Shown here: one piece after another, positions 19,723 to 29,725 of the stretch
Position numbering within the stretch: the stretch's first letter is position 1
Layout: each line of letters opens with the position of its first letter
From: Candidatus Bathyarchaeota archaeon
Lineage (GTDB): Archaea; Thermoproteota; Bathyarchaeia; Bathyarchaeales; Bathycorpusculaceae
Length of the DNA: 64,000 nt
Reading direction: 5' to 3'
Assembly: GCA_963780185.1 (NCBI GenBank)
Contig: CAWABA010000007.1
Span: 96,001-160,000 of the forward strand
Position numbers and translations under genes: made by a program
Notes under the pieces: generated by a model
Told to the model about the DNA's origin: nothing
Databases searched by the model: none
What the model saw: the letters and a program-made list of their open reading frames with translations, nothing else

Positions 19723-22480
19723 TTGCCGTTTACCATAAATATGGAGAATAAAAACATGGAAAATAAAATGAACTTTTGCAAAAATAAGACTGCAGCTATT
19801 GTCATCGGTATGCTGTTAATTGTTTCGATGTCTGCTTCATTGCTACTCATCCCGAACGCAAAAGCAACCACAGTACAAAACGAACCAACTTATGCTTACA
19901 TCGCGGTTTCAACTAACCCCGACGGCGTCGGCCAATCAGTCGAAGTTATCATGTGGCTTAACATTGTATGTCCATCAGCGGATTTATCAAATACCATTCG
20001 GTGGCACAACTACCAACTCACCATAACGGACCCTGACGGCGCAAACACAACACAGAGCTGGCCAATTTGCTGGGACACAACATCAGCACAAGACTACTCT
20101 TTCACACCCTCTAAAACCGGCACGTACACCCTGACTTTCAGCTTCCCAGGACAAAATTACAGCTTCCCAATAACCGGCAGCTTCTTTAGTTCTAACGCTG
20201 CCGACGAAGGCAACTGGTATGAAGCTAGCTCAGCCTCATGCAACCTCACTGTCCAATCAACTCAAATAGCCGGACTACCCACAACTCCGCTTCCAACTTC
20301 ATACTGGACACGGCCAATCTACGGCGAGAATCCAAACTGGTACATTGTTTCGTCAAACTGGCTTGGTGACGGCGCACCAGGATACGCTGGCTTCGTAGGC
20401 ACATACGACATGGGCGGCAACGGTGAACAATTAGCTGGAGCAGGCGATGTTGCAGGCTCAATGACCGGTCACATAATGTGGACTAAACCCATTGAAAGCG
20501 GCGGTATCGTCGGAGGAAACCAAACCTCAATTGCTGGAGACTCCTACTTTGAGGGCTCTGCATACAATCAGAGATACGTCAACCCGATAATAGTTGACGG
20601 AATGCTCTACTACAATCCACCAGTATCATTTGCCAACGCAAACTCTGGAAACCTCACATGCGTGGACCTGACTACGGGAAAAGTACTTTGGGTAGGTCCT
20701 CAAGTACAGATATCATTCGCCTACATCTACGATGTTCAAGACCCTAACCAACACGGAGTTTACCCACCAATCCTGTTCACATCCAACTTTGCCCAAGCTT
20801 ATGATGCATACACTGGAGCGTACATGTTCAGTGAAAGCGGCGTCCCATCAGGCACAACCATACTCGGTCCTAACGGCGAACAATTGATACTTGTCCTCCA
20901 CAACTATGGCACCACGGCCAACCCAAACTACTATCTACAAGAGTGGAATTCATCACGATTGTGGGGCAATAACTATTCTGGTTCATCGACATCGCCACCA
21001 GTAATTCCACCGATAAGCACAGAAAACGGAATCTCAGCAGACTGGGCAGGCGGCAATATCACAACCTACTCCTATGGAATGCCCGGTGTGACGTATCTCC
21101 CAAGCATGTATGACTTCAACGTTTCCGTTCCATACCTAAACACTGCTGGATCAATCACTGCAGTCGGAGCCATCTACAATGATGTGCTGCTCATCGAAAA
21201 TGGCAGTTTGCCGAACCCAGGAACCTTCATATTCGCTATGACTCCAGTAAGCAGTGCCCCATACGGATACGCTGCAATCAACATTGCCGAAGGCTCAAGC
21301 TCGTTAGGTTCGATAGCATGGCACCAGACCGAAACATCGCCATCAGGAAACATCACCGTCATGGAGGCTGGAATTGACACAGTAAACAAAGTCTTCGTTG
21401 AGTACTGGAGAGAAACCTCGCAATATGTAGGCTACAGCCTGACAACTGGAGCGAAACTTTGGGGCCCAACTGCTGAGCAAGCATACCTAGACTACTATGG
21501 CAGCCCAGCTTCAGGTACCTTAGCAAACGCCTTCGCATACGGCAAAATGTACACCAGTGCATACGCAGGCATAGTCTACTGCTATGATACAAAGACGGGC
21601 GACTTACTCTGGACCTACGGCAACGGCAACACAGATAACAACAGCACCAACTCGGGAATTGAAACTCCATTCGCTCGCTATCCAACTTTCATTAACGCCA
21701 TCGGCAACGATCTAGTGTACCTTGTCACCACAGAACATACCATTGAAACACCACTCTTCAAAGGCGCAGTTGCAAGTGCCATCAACGCAACAACCGGCAA
21801 ACTCAGTCTGGTCAGTATCAAGCTACACAGGCGAATTCGACGCGTTCAGCTATGCGGCAGCAGACGGGTACAACACATGGTTCAACGGCTATGACGACTC
21901 GATCTACACAGTCGGCAGAGGACCCAGCGCCACAACAGTCACGGCTTCACCAAGCGTTACAACATACGGAGACAATGTAATCATAAGCGGCACAGTCATG
22001 GATATTTCAACAGGCACAACGCAAAGCGAGCAAGCAGCGGACTTTCCACACGGAGTTCCAGTCAGCTCAGACGCAAGCATGACAGCATGGATGGGCTATG
22101 TCTACCAGCAGCAAGCAGAACCAACCAACTTCACAGGCGTACCCGTGGCAATCAGCGTCACAGACTCTAACCACAACACCAGAGTAGTAGGCACCACTAC
22201 GACCGACGAAAACGGAGTATTCCACCTAACATGGACACCAGACATAACGGGCAACTACACAGTCTACGCTAACTTCTTAGGAACCAACGGCTACTACGGA
22301 TCAAACGCAGAAACCTTCTTCAACATAATGAACGCGCCAGCAACAAGCGCACCGACAGCTACACCAGCCACTAACATAGCTTCCAACACCACCGTCGAAT
22401 ACGGAATAGCCGCCATCATCGTCGTCATCGTTATAATCGGCGCCATATTGGCAATGCTGACAGTCAGAAAAAAACAATAA
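19723..22480 (+). CDS. Large secreted PQQ-like beta-propeller protein with C-terminal TM anchor, +1 frameshift near 21804
   Basis: Signal peptide; DLTTGKVLW, SLTTGAKLW and DTKTGDLLW repeats. Removing one base joins the two ORFs (TGKLVWSVSSY). Ends in a TM helix plus RKKQ. Confidence 0.85.
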
Positions 22481-22700
22481 GGTGAAACATATGAAATCAA
22501 CAACACCTTCCTTTTTTTTGGTTCAAAAACAGACCTGGAAAACAAACGGGGCTGAGAAGGCTTTGGTCAATATCACAAAATTTCAATTGCAATAATGTGA
22601 ATTTGAAGCATTTTTTCTTTCTCCTTAAAAAAAGATGCGCCAGAACCTCAGCAAACCCGCTTTTTCAGCAACTGACTTTATAATCTGGTAGACCGCGTTT

Positions 22701-22868
22701 CTACCGCTTATTGCTGTACCAATCAACAAACCTTTGAATGGCATTTGCTCTATGCGAAAACCTGTTCGTCTCTTCAATCGTCATTTCAGCAAACGAAATG
22801 TGGCTTCCAACTGGCTGGAAAACGGGGTCAAAACCGAACGCTGACTTGCCAACCGTCTTGCGCTCAGA
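22701..22868 (-). pseudogene. C-terminal remnant of a Ham1/RdgB non-canonical purine NTP pyrophosphatase
   Basis: Manual translation ERKTVGKSAFGFDPVFQPVGSHISFAEMTIEETNRFSHRANAIQRFVDWY; no room for the N-terminal two-thirds before the gene at 23000. Confidence 0.75.
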
Positions 22869-22999
22869 TAGTTTTGTCTTCCAAATACCAGAGAGTGGTT
22901 CGCAAGGTTTTGCAGCGGTGGCGTCACAAATCTGCTTATATGCTTCTATTTTGAATAATAAATCAGTCAGAAATCGGCATAACTTCGGGGTTTAAAATT

Positions 23000-23926
23000 A
23001 TGAGTGAAGCAGTTCAAGCAACGGCTGAAAGGATAAGGAAATTGGAAGTTCAGGGCGCTCGAAACGTCGCGATAGCTGCCCTCAAAGCCATCCAAACGGC
23101 AGCGGAGACAACGAAGGCAAAAACCAAAAACGCCTTCTTAGGCGAACTCAAAGAAGCCCAAGCCGTCCTTTTCGCGTCGCGGGAAACTGAGCCGCTGATG
23201 AGAAACGCCCTGCGATACGTTATCCTGCAAGCCCAAGACAGCAGCACAGAAAAAGTCGACGCCCTAAGCGAGTTGGTAGCGTCCAACGTAGCTCTTTTCC
23301 TGCAGAATCTTGAGGCTTCAAGGGAACGAACCGCGGAAATAGGCGCCAAACGCATCCGCGACGGCATGCTGATTTTCACCCATTGCCACTCGTCCACCGT
23401 GACGCGCATGATTGCCAAAGCCAAGGCGGACGGCAAAAACTTCAGCGTCATCTGCACCGAAACCCAACCCGCCCTTCAGGGGAGGATAACGGCGCGGGAA
23501 ATGGTTGAGCTTGGCGTTCAAACCATGTTCATTGTTGATTCCGCAGCCCGCTCATACATGGGCGACGTCGATGTCGTATTTGTCGGCGCTGACGCCATCA
23601 CCTCTGAGGGCAACGTGGTTAACAAGGTAGGCACCAGCAGCATAGCGGTGTTGGCGCATGAAGCCAGAAAACCATTCTACGTCGTTTCGGAACTGCTAAA
23701 ATTCGACCCAGAAACACTCGGCGGTGCCTACGAGCGCATTGAGCACCGCAACCCAGCGGAAGTCTGGAGCGAAGCGCCAAAGGGCTTATCGGTGCGGAAC
23801 CCAGCCTTCGACGTTACGCCAAGCCGATACATCCACGGCATCATCTGCGAAGAAGGCATAATCCCGCCCCAATCAATAGTTGAAACAGTAAACCGAAGCT
23901 ACCCATGGGTCCTTAAGCAACTTTAG
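23000..23926 (+). CDS. Ribose-1,5-bisphosphate isomerase (eIF-2B-like family)
   Basis: VQGA, THCHSS, VGADAI, NKVGT and NPAFDVTP motifs; adjacent to RuBisCO. Confidence 0.9.
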   Translation: MSEAVQATAERIRKLEVQGARNVAIAALKAIQTAAETTKAKTKNAFLGELKEAQAVLFASRETEPLMRNALRYVILQAQDSSTEKVDALSELVASNVALFLQNLEASRERTAEIGAKRIRDGMLIFTHCHSSTVTRMIAKAKADGKNFSVICTETQPALQGRITAREMVELGVQTMFIVDSAARSYMGDVDVVFVGADAITSEGNVVNKVGTSSIAVLAHEARKPFYVVSELLKFDPETLGGAYERIEHRNPAEVWSEAPKGLSVRNPAFDVTPSRYIHGIICEEGIIPPQSIVETVNRSYPWVLKQL

Positions 23927-25155
23927 GCTTTCCAGTGTTCCAACGCAGTTTTGAGTTCTTCATGTGTTCTAGCGTATTCTGCCAACGTTACCCCTTTTAA
24001 GACTGCGTCTACGGCTTGCCGCATGGCTTTTGCTCCCGCCACTGTTCCGTCTGGGTGACCGTGGATTCCGCCGCCCGCTTGGATGACTACGTCGTTGCCG
24101 AAGGTTTCAAGCAGCGCAGGAACCAGTGTCGGGTACAGTCCGCCTGACGCGACGGGCAGAACAGGTTTTAGGTTGGCGAGCGGGTTTTTGCATGCATCGA
24201 TATTTTCGAGCACTTCAGCTTTTGTTTCGGACATTTTGCCAACTACCGTGCCAACGTGGAGCTGGTCGACGCCGATTAAGCGTGCCACCGACGCGATTGG
24301 GCGCATGGCGATGCCGTGCAGCTGGTTCTTTGTGAAAGCCGCGTGTCCTGCCCGATGAGCGTGAATGACAAGCTTGTAGTTTTGGTCTCGCAGCGTTTGC
24401 AGGGCTGACCAACCCGTGGTTAAGATGTCAACCATAACGTATTCGCCGCCTTGAGCGAGGACGGCTTCTGCGCGCTTGAGCATCAGGTCGGTTTCAGCTG
24501 TTATGTTGATCAGGTAGACTTTGCGTTCGCCCGTTTCCTCTTGCGCTTTGTCACGCTTGTCCAAAGTGTGCGCGAGTCGTTCTTCGAAGGGGTTGAACGT
24601 TTGGCTGCTCAGGTTTTCATCGTCTTTCACGACGTCGCAGCCGCCGCTCCATGCGTCATAAGCCACCTTCGCATGGTCTCGGGTGTTTAATCCGAGTTTA
24701 GGCTTGATTATTGTGCCGACAAGCGGACGCTCGGGGACTTTTAGGAGGCTGCGGATTCCCGCTATGCCGAAGGCGGGTCCTTTGAAGCTGCCTAGCAAGG
24801 CTTTTGGGAATTGGATGTCGAGGAGGCGCAGGTTTTTTAGAGCTTTGAGCCCGAAGACGTTTCCTGCCACGCTGCTCAGGATGTTGGGCATGTTGGCAGG
24901 TTCAAAAAGGTCAATCGGGTACGCGATTTTGATTGTGTTGCCTTCTACGCTGAAAACGTGGGCTGCCAGACGCTTCACGTAGGGCTTTTCGGTGGTGAGT
25001 TCTGTCCATGTGCCCACGCTGCTTTCTGCGGCGACTCCGCCTGCGGCTTCTTGGAGGCTGATGCCTTCGGGTTCAACGTAGAAGGTGCAGACCAAATCGG
25101 TTTCTTTAGGTTTATAAGCTGGGTCAATAAAGTCAAGGTACTTCAAAGCGTCCAC
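23923..25155 (-). CDS. rbcL: Form III RuBisCO large subunit
   Basis: AAESSVGTWT, GTIIKPKLGL, KDDEN, HAHRAGH, SGG and GGGIHGHP motifs. Confidence 0.96.
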   Translation of the reverse strand: MDALKYLDFIDPAYKPKETDLVCTFYVEPEGISLQEAAGGVAAESSVGTWTELTTEKPYVKRLAAHVFSVEGNTIKIAYPIDLFEPANMPNILSSVAGNVFGLKALKNLRLLDIQFPKALLGSFKGPAFGIAGIRSLLKVPERPLVGTIIKPKLGLNTRDHAKVAYDAWSGGCDVVKDDENLSSQTFNPFEERLAHTLDKRDKAQEETGERKVYLINITAETDLMLKRAEAVLAQGGEYVMVDILTTGWSALQTLRDQNYKLVIHAHRAGHAAFTKNQLHGIAMRPIASVARLIGVDQLHVGTVVGKMSETKAEVLENIDACKNPLANLKPVLPVASGGLYPTLVPALLETFGNDVVIQAGGGIHGHPDGTVAGAKAMRQAVDAVLKGVTLAEYARTHEELKTALEHWKA

Positions 25156-25221
25156 TCTGGCTAGTTGGAACGGGTTTTTCCTTAAAATCTTTAACTATCC
25201 TTTTTCGAGCCCGCATCTGAG

Positions 25222-25280
25222 CTCAGTCAAGAAACCTTGACTTGGCTTAGTCAAGAATCCTTCACGAATAACCTTTTATC
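25222..25280 (+). promoter_or_regulatory. Tandem AGTCAAG-N4-CTTGACT sites plus TATA-like box (copy 1)
   Basis: CTCAGTCAAGAAACCTTGACTTGGCTTAGTCAAGAATCCTTCACGAATAACCTTTTATC, ending 24 nt before ATG 25304. Confidence 0.7.
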
Positions 25281-25303
25281 ACTAATCAAAAGCATGATTG
25301 ATT

Positions 25304-26173
25304 ATGAATGGAATAAGCAAGAGTTTGGCCTTAATCGTCGTTCTAATTATTGCGTTTTCAAACCTGACGATAGTTAAGGTTGCTTTTTCTCAGGCAGCGC
25401 CAACGATTTCGCCACCAGAGTTCACGGTGAAGTATGACACAAATGCAAGTGATTACCCGCTGATAATGGGCAATATGGCAGGATTCATTATGCCTAATCA
25501 CTTTTCCAACAACCAAACAGCAGTAATCATCATAAAAAACGAGCCTATCAACTCGCCGTCAAATAACACCTACTACTTCTACAACCTTAGAGTCAAAGAC
25601 AGCACTGATTCAACTTGGGCAGAAATATACAATAACAACTTACAGGAGTCGCCCTTTGAATACACAATCATACGTGATAACGATAATTCATCAGCTGGCA
25701 CTACATTAGAGTTCCAAGTGCAAGCTGTTCTCCAGAATGAGACCGTAACTTACTTCAATAATCTACTCCCAGGCTTTCCAGCTGTCTTTCAGCAAGACAA
25801 CGTGGGCTATAAAGCAACTTGGACCGAAATCGCATCAAGCGACTGGAGCAATGTACAAACCTTGACTATTCCCGATGATCCAACAACTGTTGTTTCTTCG
25901 GTAACCATACCGGATTCGTCAACTACCCCGGGCAACTCGATAGATCCCCATTCTTCAAGTAGCCCCGAGAATTCTCAGACGCTCGCGTCCACTATTTCTT
26001 CAAATCCTTTGTCTTCACCCATCCTAACTTCCCCTCCGACACAAGTCATCGTTCAATCTGTGCCGACGTGGTTTTACTCTATTGTCATTATGCTGGTTGC
26101 TATCATAGTTGTCCTGCTAGGCATAATTGCTTTAACACAACGCAGGAACAAAGCAACAAAGAACAATACTTGA
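25304..26173 (+). CDS. Secreted, membrane-anchored protein (paralog of the next gene)
   Basis: Signal peptide, PEFTVK, FQVQA, SSDWSNVQTLTIP, Ser/Thr/Pro linker, C-terminal TM plus basic tail. Confidence 0.8.
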   Translation: MNGISKSLALIVVLIIAFSNLTIVKVAFSQAAPTISPPEFTVKYDTNASDYPLIMGNMAGFIMPNHFSNNQTAVIIIKNEPINSPSNNTYYFYNLRVKDSTDSTWAEIYNNNLQESPFEYTIIRDNDNSSAGTTLEFQVQAVLQNETVTYFNNLLPGFPAVFQQDNVGYKATWTEIASSDWSNVQTLTIPDDPTTVVSSVTIPDSSTTPGNSIDPHSSSSPENSQTLASTISSNPLSSPILTSPPTQVIVQSVPTWFYSIVIMLVAIIVVLLGIIALTQRRNKATKNNT

Positions 26174-26219
26174 AAACAATTTTCCACGCCCTGTGTATAT
26201 CCACCCCTCAACCTTATGT

Positions 26220-26278
26220 CTTAGTCAAGAAACTTTGACTGAGCTCAGTCAAGGAATCTTTACGAACAGCCTTTTATC
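26220..26278 (+). promoter_or_regulatory. Tandem AGTCAAG-N4-TTTGACT sites plus TATA-like box (copy 2)
   Basis: CTTAGTCAAGAAACTTTGACTGAGCTCAGTCAAGGAATCTTTACGAACAGCCTTTTATC, ending 25 nt before ATG 26303. Confidence 0.7.
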
Positions 26279-26302
26279 CTCTGCACATTCCTAATAGTAA
26301 GC

Positions 26303-27103
26303 ATGGGTAAAATCGGCAAAACTTCCGCATTACTCCTAACTCTTATTGTTGCTTTGTCATGTCTAACCGTGCTAACTGCTGAACCCATAAATGCACAATC
26401 AACTCCTATGCCGTCTATACCACAGTTCACATTGATGTTCCAAGATAATTCATACATTATTCAACCGACAACCGTAACCACAACTAACCCTTACACTGGA
26501 AACCAAACAGTCGTAGGCTCGACAATTGGCGCGTACATACATGACGCTTCAATTACAGTAAAAGTAACAAATCAGCCCTTCACTCCGTATATCGATACTA
26601 ACAATAACACTGTACAATTGTATTACGGTATCCGGTGGAAAGGGGAATACACCGTTGCTTGGGAAGGTAGCGCTCAGGGTATTAAGGCTTCAAATAGCGA
26701 CTACACTAACATATCGCTTGGTTTTACTAGCAACACCTACGATTATGACGATGCCGGATATGGCTATGCTGGACAAATCAATTGGCAAGCTCTTGGCAAT
26801 CCTGTAGAGATTCAAGTAGAAGCAATCGTAGGATACATCACTCAGACGCAAAGTTCTCTACTGGAAAGCCCACTTCAGTCTTTCACAGCCGTAGCCTCAA
26901 GTGATTGGAGCAACACCCAAACAATAATCGCAAGCAATGCCTCCGCTTTACCGAACCCAACAATGCCTCAATCAACAGCCACCCCAAGTTCCATGCCGAG
27001 CTCCACCTCAACCGTTCCTGAGTTTTCTTGGTTGGTGATTGTGCCTTTGCTTCTTTCTGTCTTCTGTGTTGCTGTGATAGTTAGGCATCGAAAAAACAGC
27101 TAA
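26303..27103 (+). CDS. Secreted protein with PEF-CTERM-like sorting signal
   Basis: Signal peptide, PQFTL, IQVEA, SSDWSNTQTI, then VPEF-TM-RHRK. Confidence 0.82.
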   Translation: MGKIGKTSALLLTLIVALSCLTVLTAEPINAQSTPMPSIPQFTLMFQDNSYIIQPTTVTTTNPYTGNQTVVGSTIGAYIHDASITVKVTNQPFTPYIDTNNNTVQLYYGIRWKGEYTVAWEGSAQGIKASNSDYTNISLGFTSNTYDYDDAGYGYAGQINWQALGNPVEIQVEAIVGYITQTQSSLLESPLQSFTAVASSDWSNTQTIIASNASALPNPTMPQSTATPSSMPSSTSTVPEFSWLVIVPLLLSVFCVAVIVRHRKNS

Positions 27104-27121
27104 CTTGCAAGCTACAGGCAT

Positions 27122-27289
27122 AAACTTTTGGAATATTCCAAAAGTTGCAGGCAAAAACCCACTGTTCTTGCGTTTACCCATTCAAAATCATCCAAAGAAT
27201 CAAGCCCTAAACCAGAAAAGCAACCCAAAACAAACCCCACGCAGAACCCGCCGACGAGGGGAGGGGGTCTAGTATTTACATCAAAAAAA
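27122..27289 (+). repeat. Dispersed ~165-bp intergenic element, copy 1
   Basis: 24-bp palindrome AACTTTTGGAATATTCCAAAAGTT, then AAGCCCTAAACC..AAAAGCAACCCAAAAC, then CCCCACGCAGAA.CCGCCGACGAGG..GGGGGT.TAGTATTTACATCAAAAA; matches 41321-41487 and 52686-52850. Confidence 0.9.
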
Positions 27290-27377
27290 CAAGGTAAAAA
27301 TGGCTTCGGCAAACCCAATCCCGCCATAGCAGGATTGTTAAATCTTTAACTATTTCTAGGCTCCATCAATTGTAGGT

Positions 27378-28931
27378 GTGATTAGTATGGAGTTAACGGT
27401 TGAACTCTTACCTATATTTACGGGCGGAAGCAGAATTGCCCTCCTCAGCGAAGAAAGCGCCAGCTCCCTAGGCGTGCACAGTTCCGATAGGATACGGATA
27501 AAATGCGGCAACCAAGAATTGATTGCCATCGCGAACATCGCAGAGTTTTTTTCACGTAAAACCATCGGGCTCTATGAGGAAACCGCTAAGGCGCTTGGCG
27601 TAAAGGAGGATGAAACGGTTTCGGTGGAGTTGGCTCCGCTTCCTGAGTCGCTTTTCAACGTGAGGGCTAAGCTGCATGGAGAACGTCTGCGCGAGAACGA
27701 TATCGTGACTATCGTTAGGGACGTGGTTGAGCGGCACCTAAGCACCGCCGAAATATCCGCTTTCTTAACCGCGCTTAGCATTCACGGGTTAAGTTCCAGC
27801 GAAAACGAGGCGCTATCCAGGGCTATGGTGGCTACGGGGAAAACGATGAGTTTCGGAGAAGGTCCCATCCTTGACAAGCACAGCGTCGGCGGGATTCCTG
27901 GCGACAAAACTTCGATGCTGGTTGTGCCCATCGTTGCCGCTGCGGGATACACGATTCCTAAGACTTCTTCGCGGGCAATCACTTCTCCCGCTGGAACCGC
28001 AGACAGAGTTGAAACCCTGTGCCCAGTAAACCTCGGCGTAGACGAGATAAAAGGGGTGGTGGCGAAGACGGGCGGGTGCTTGGTTTGGGGCGGTGCCTTG
28101 GAGCTTGCGCCAGCCGACGACCTCTTCATCCAAGTTGAGTACCCGTTGGGAATTGACCCAATGTTGCTGCCTTCGATTCTGAGCAAAAAGAAAGCCATGG
28201 GCGCCACACACGTCGCCATCGACATCCCCACAGGCATGGGCGCAAAAATCAAAACCCGAACCGAAGCCTACACGATAGCCTCGGATTTCGTGGACTTGGG
28301 AAAACGCCTCGGACTCAACATTCAATGCGCTTTAACCTACGGAGACCAACCCTTGGGCTGCGGCATCGGACCCGCATTGGAAGCCCGAGAAGCCCTAGCG
28401 ACCCTCCTCGGAGGCGGACCACCCGACCTGCGCGACAAAGCCGTCAGCCTTGCAGGGATGCTGTTCGAGATGGTTGGAACCGAGAATGGGCGCGCCAAAG
28501 CTGAGGAGATGATTGATTCGGGTAAGGCGGCGGCGAAGATGCGGCAGATTATTGCGGCTCAAGGTGGAAACCCTAAGGTGATGCCTGACGACTTGCCTGT
28601 GGGCTGTGAGCATGTTGAGGTGAAGTCGGAGCGGGCGGGCAAAGTCATTTGGCTCAGCACCGACAACATCGTACGCATCGCGAGGGAAGCCGGGGCGCCT
28701 AAAGAGAAAGGCGCAGGCATGATTCTGCACGCCAAACTCGGAGAAGCGGTGCATCGCGACAGCATACTCTACGAAATTTACGCGGAGAAAAACAGCAAGT
28801 TAACGTCGGCGCTGGAGCTTGCCAAGACGTTGCCGCCTATTCTGCTCACCACCAAACCCGCCGAGAAGATGATTCTAGACCAGGTGCCTGAGAAGCTTGC
28901 ACACGAAAAAACATTCAGCCTAGACAGGTAA
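27378..28931 (+). CDS. deoA: AMP phosphorylase
   Basis: DKHSVGGIPGDKT and PKTSSRAITSPAGTAD motifs, N-terminal barrel extension; clustered with RuBisCO and R15P isomerase. Confidence 0.94.
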   Translation: MISMELTVELLPIFTGGSRIALLSEESASSLGVHSSDRIRIKCGNQELIAIANIAEFFSRKTIGLYEETAKALGVKEDETVSVELAPLPESLFNVRAKLHGERLRENDIVTIVRDVVERHLSTAEISAFLTALSIHGLSSSENEALSRAMVATGKTMSFGEGPILDKHSVGGIPGDKTSMLVVPIVAAAGYTIPKTSSRAITSPAGTADRVETLCPVNLGVDEIKGVVAKTGGCLVWGGALELAPADDLFIQVEYPLGIDPMLLPSILSKKKAMGATHVAIDIPTGMGAKIKTRTEAYTIASDFVDLGKRLGLNIQCALTYGDQPLGCGIGPALEAREALATLLGGGPPDLRDKAVSLAGMLFEMVGTENGRAKAEEMIDSGKAAAKMRQIIAAQGGNPKVMPDDLPVGCEHVEVKSERAGKVIWLSTDNIVRIAREAGAPKEKGAGMILHAKLGEAVHRDSILYEIYAEKNSKLTSALELAKTLPPILLTTKPAEKMILDQVPEKLAHEKTFSLDR

Positions 28932-28990
28932 ACCAAAGCCCCGTCGAAAAAAAACCGCCAGCGATAGCCGCAGGGTCGCTTAGGGTCAAA

Positions 28991-29060
28991 AGGAACGGAA
29001 AGGAACGGGAAAGAACGGGGAACAACGAGAAGGAACGGGATTCAACGGGAAAAAACGTGA
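28991..29060. repeat. Seven-unit 10-bp phased tandem array with invariant AACG
   Basis: aggAACGgaa aggAACGgga aagAACGggg aacAACGaga aggAACGgga ttcAACGgga aaaAACGtga. Confidence 0.85.
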
Positions 29061-29119
29061 CCTGCCAAAGCGCCCAACCCCAAACAAGTCAAGCAACCCA
29101 AAACACAAACAGCAAATTT

Positions 29120-29485
29120 CTATCTTGTGATTGCCCCACCTATCAAGCCGCCGACAGCTGCAATTATACCCGCGAAAACCGCCAGTATTATGTCTTTTAC
29201 GCCTGTTTCTACGCCTTTTAGGGCTCCGAAGAACGCACCTGAAAACCCGCCTGAAATGCCGCCTGCAAACGCAAGCCCAACAAAGGCAACGACCGCGATT
29301 ATCACAGCGCCGAAGATGCCTGCGAGGAAGCCTGCAGCTAACCCTTTAAAGATGCCTCGCGCGATAAGTCCAGCAACTAGACCGCCGACAAAAATAGCCA
29401 AGACAAGACCCACTCCATGAATGAAATAGCCTATAGCCAGTATAACCAGGAACCCGACGAAAGCGCCTAACCCTGTGCTTCCCAA
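29120..29485 (-). CDS. Small Gly-rich membrane protein (DUF5518-like)
   Basis: GGLVAGLIARG...GFLAGIFG...GGLIGG. Confidence 0.7.
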   Translation of the reverse strand: MGSTGLGAFVGFLVILAIGYFIHGVGLVLAIFVGGLVAGLIARGIFKGLAAGFLAGIFGAVIIAVVAFVGLAFAGGISGGFSGAFFGALKGVETGVKDIILAVFAGIIAAVGGLIGGAITR

Positions 29486-29725
29486 ATTAATTCAACCTTA
29501 CAAGTTAAAGCTGGCTTGAACGCCTATAAGTTTTAGCCCAAACCCCTACAAAGACAACGCCCAGCCGTCGGCTTTTGAGGTTAAGCAAGGGCAACGCTGC
29601 ATTTTGGGGCAGCGGTCAGGCATTTTTTGCCACCGAACATGCGTTAATTTTAATAAAGGGATGTTGCAAGTATCCATAAAAGCAAGACGAGCGCAGGAAG
29701 AAAATTAAGGGGTAGTTTCTGAGAT

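Noticed and set aside
25222-26278. AGTCAAG repeats as a CRISPR array or classical integron attC sites
   Set aside because: Only two units per locus, no unique spacers, no cas or intI gene, and no RYYYAAC/GTTRRRY ends.
27112-27349. ORFs 27112..27327 (-), 27128..27349 (+) and the similar 52655..52852 (+)
   Set aside because: They are translations of the dispersed repeat. Frames and stops are not preserved between copies, so the element is treated as non-coding.
23000-28931. RuBisCO as evidence of a Calvin cycle or novel carbon fixation
   Set aside because: A form III enzyme with R15P isomerase and AMP phosphorylase is the established archaeal AMP-salvage (pentose bisphosphate) pathway.
28991-29060. 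AACG array as CRISPR or coding repeat
   Set aside because: The 10-bp period is too short for CRISPR and is not a multiple of three.
29540-29700. Short GC hairpins in the intergenic region as a riboswitch or ncRNA
   Set aside because: No recognisable family motif and no second copy.
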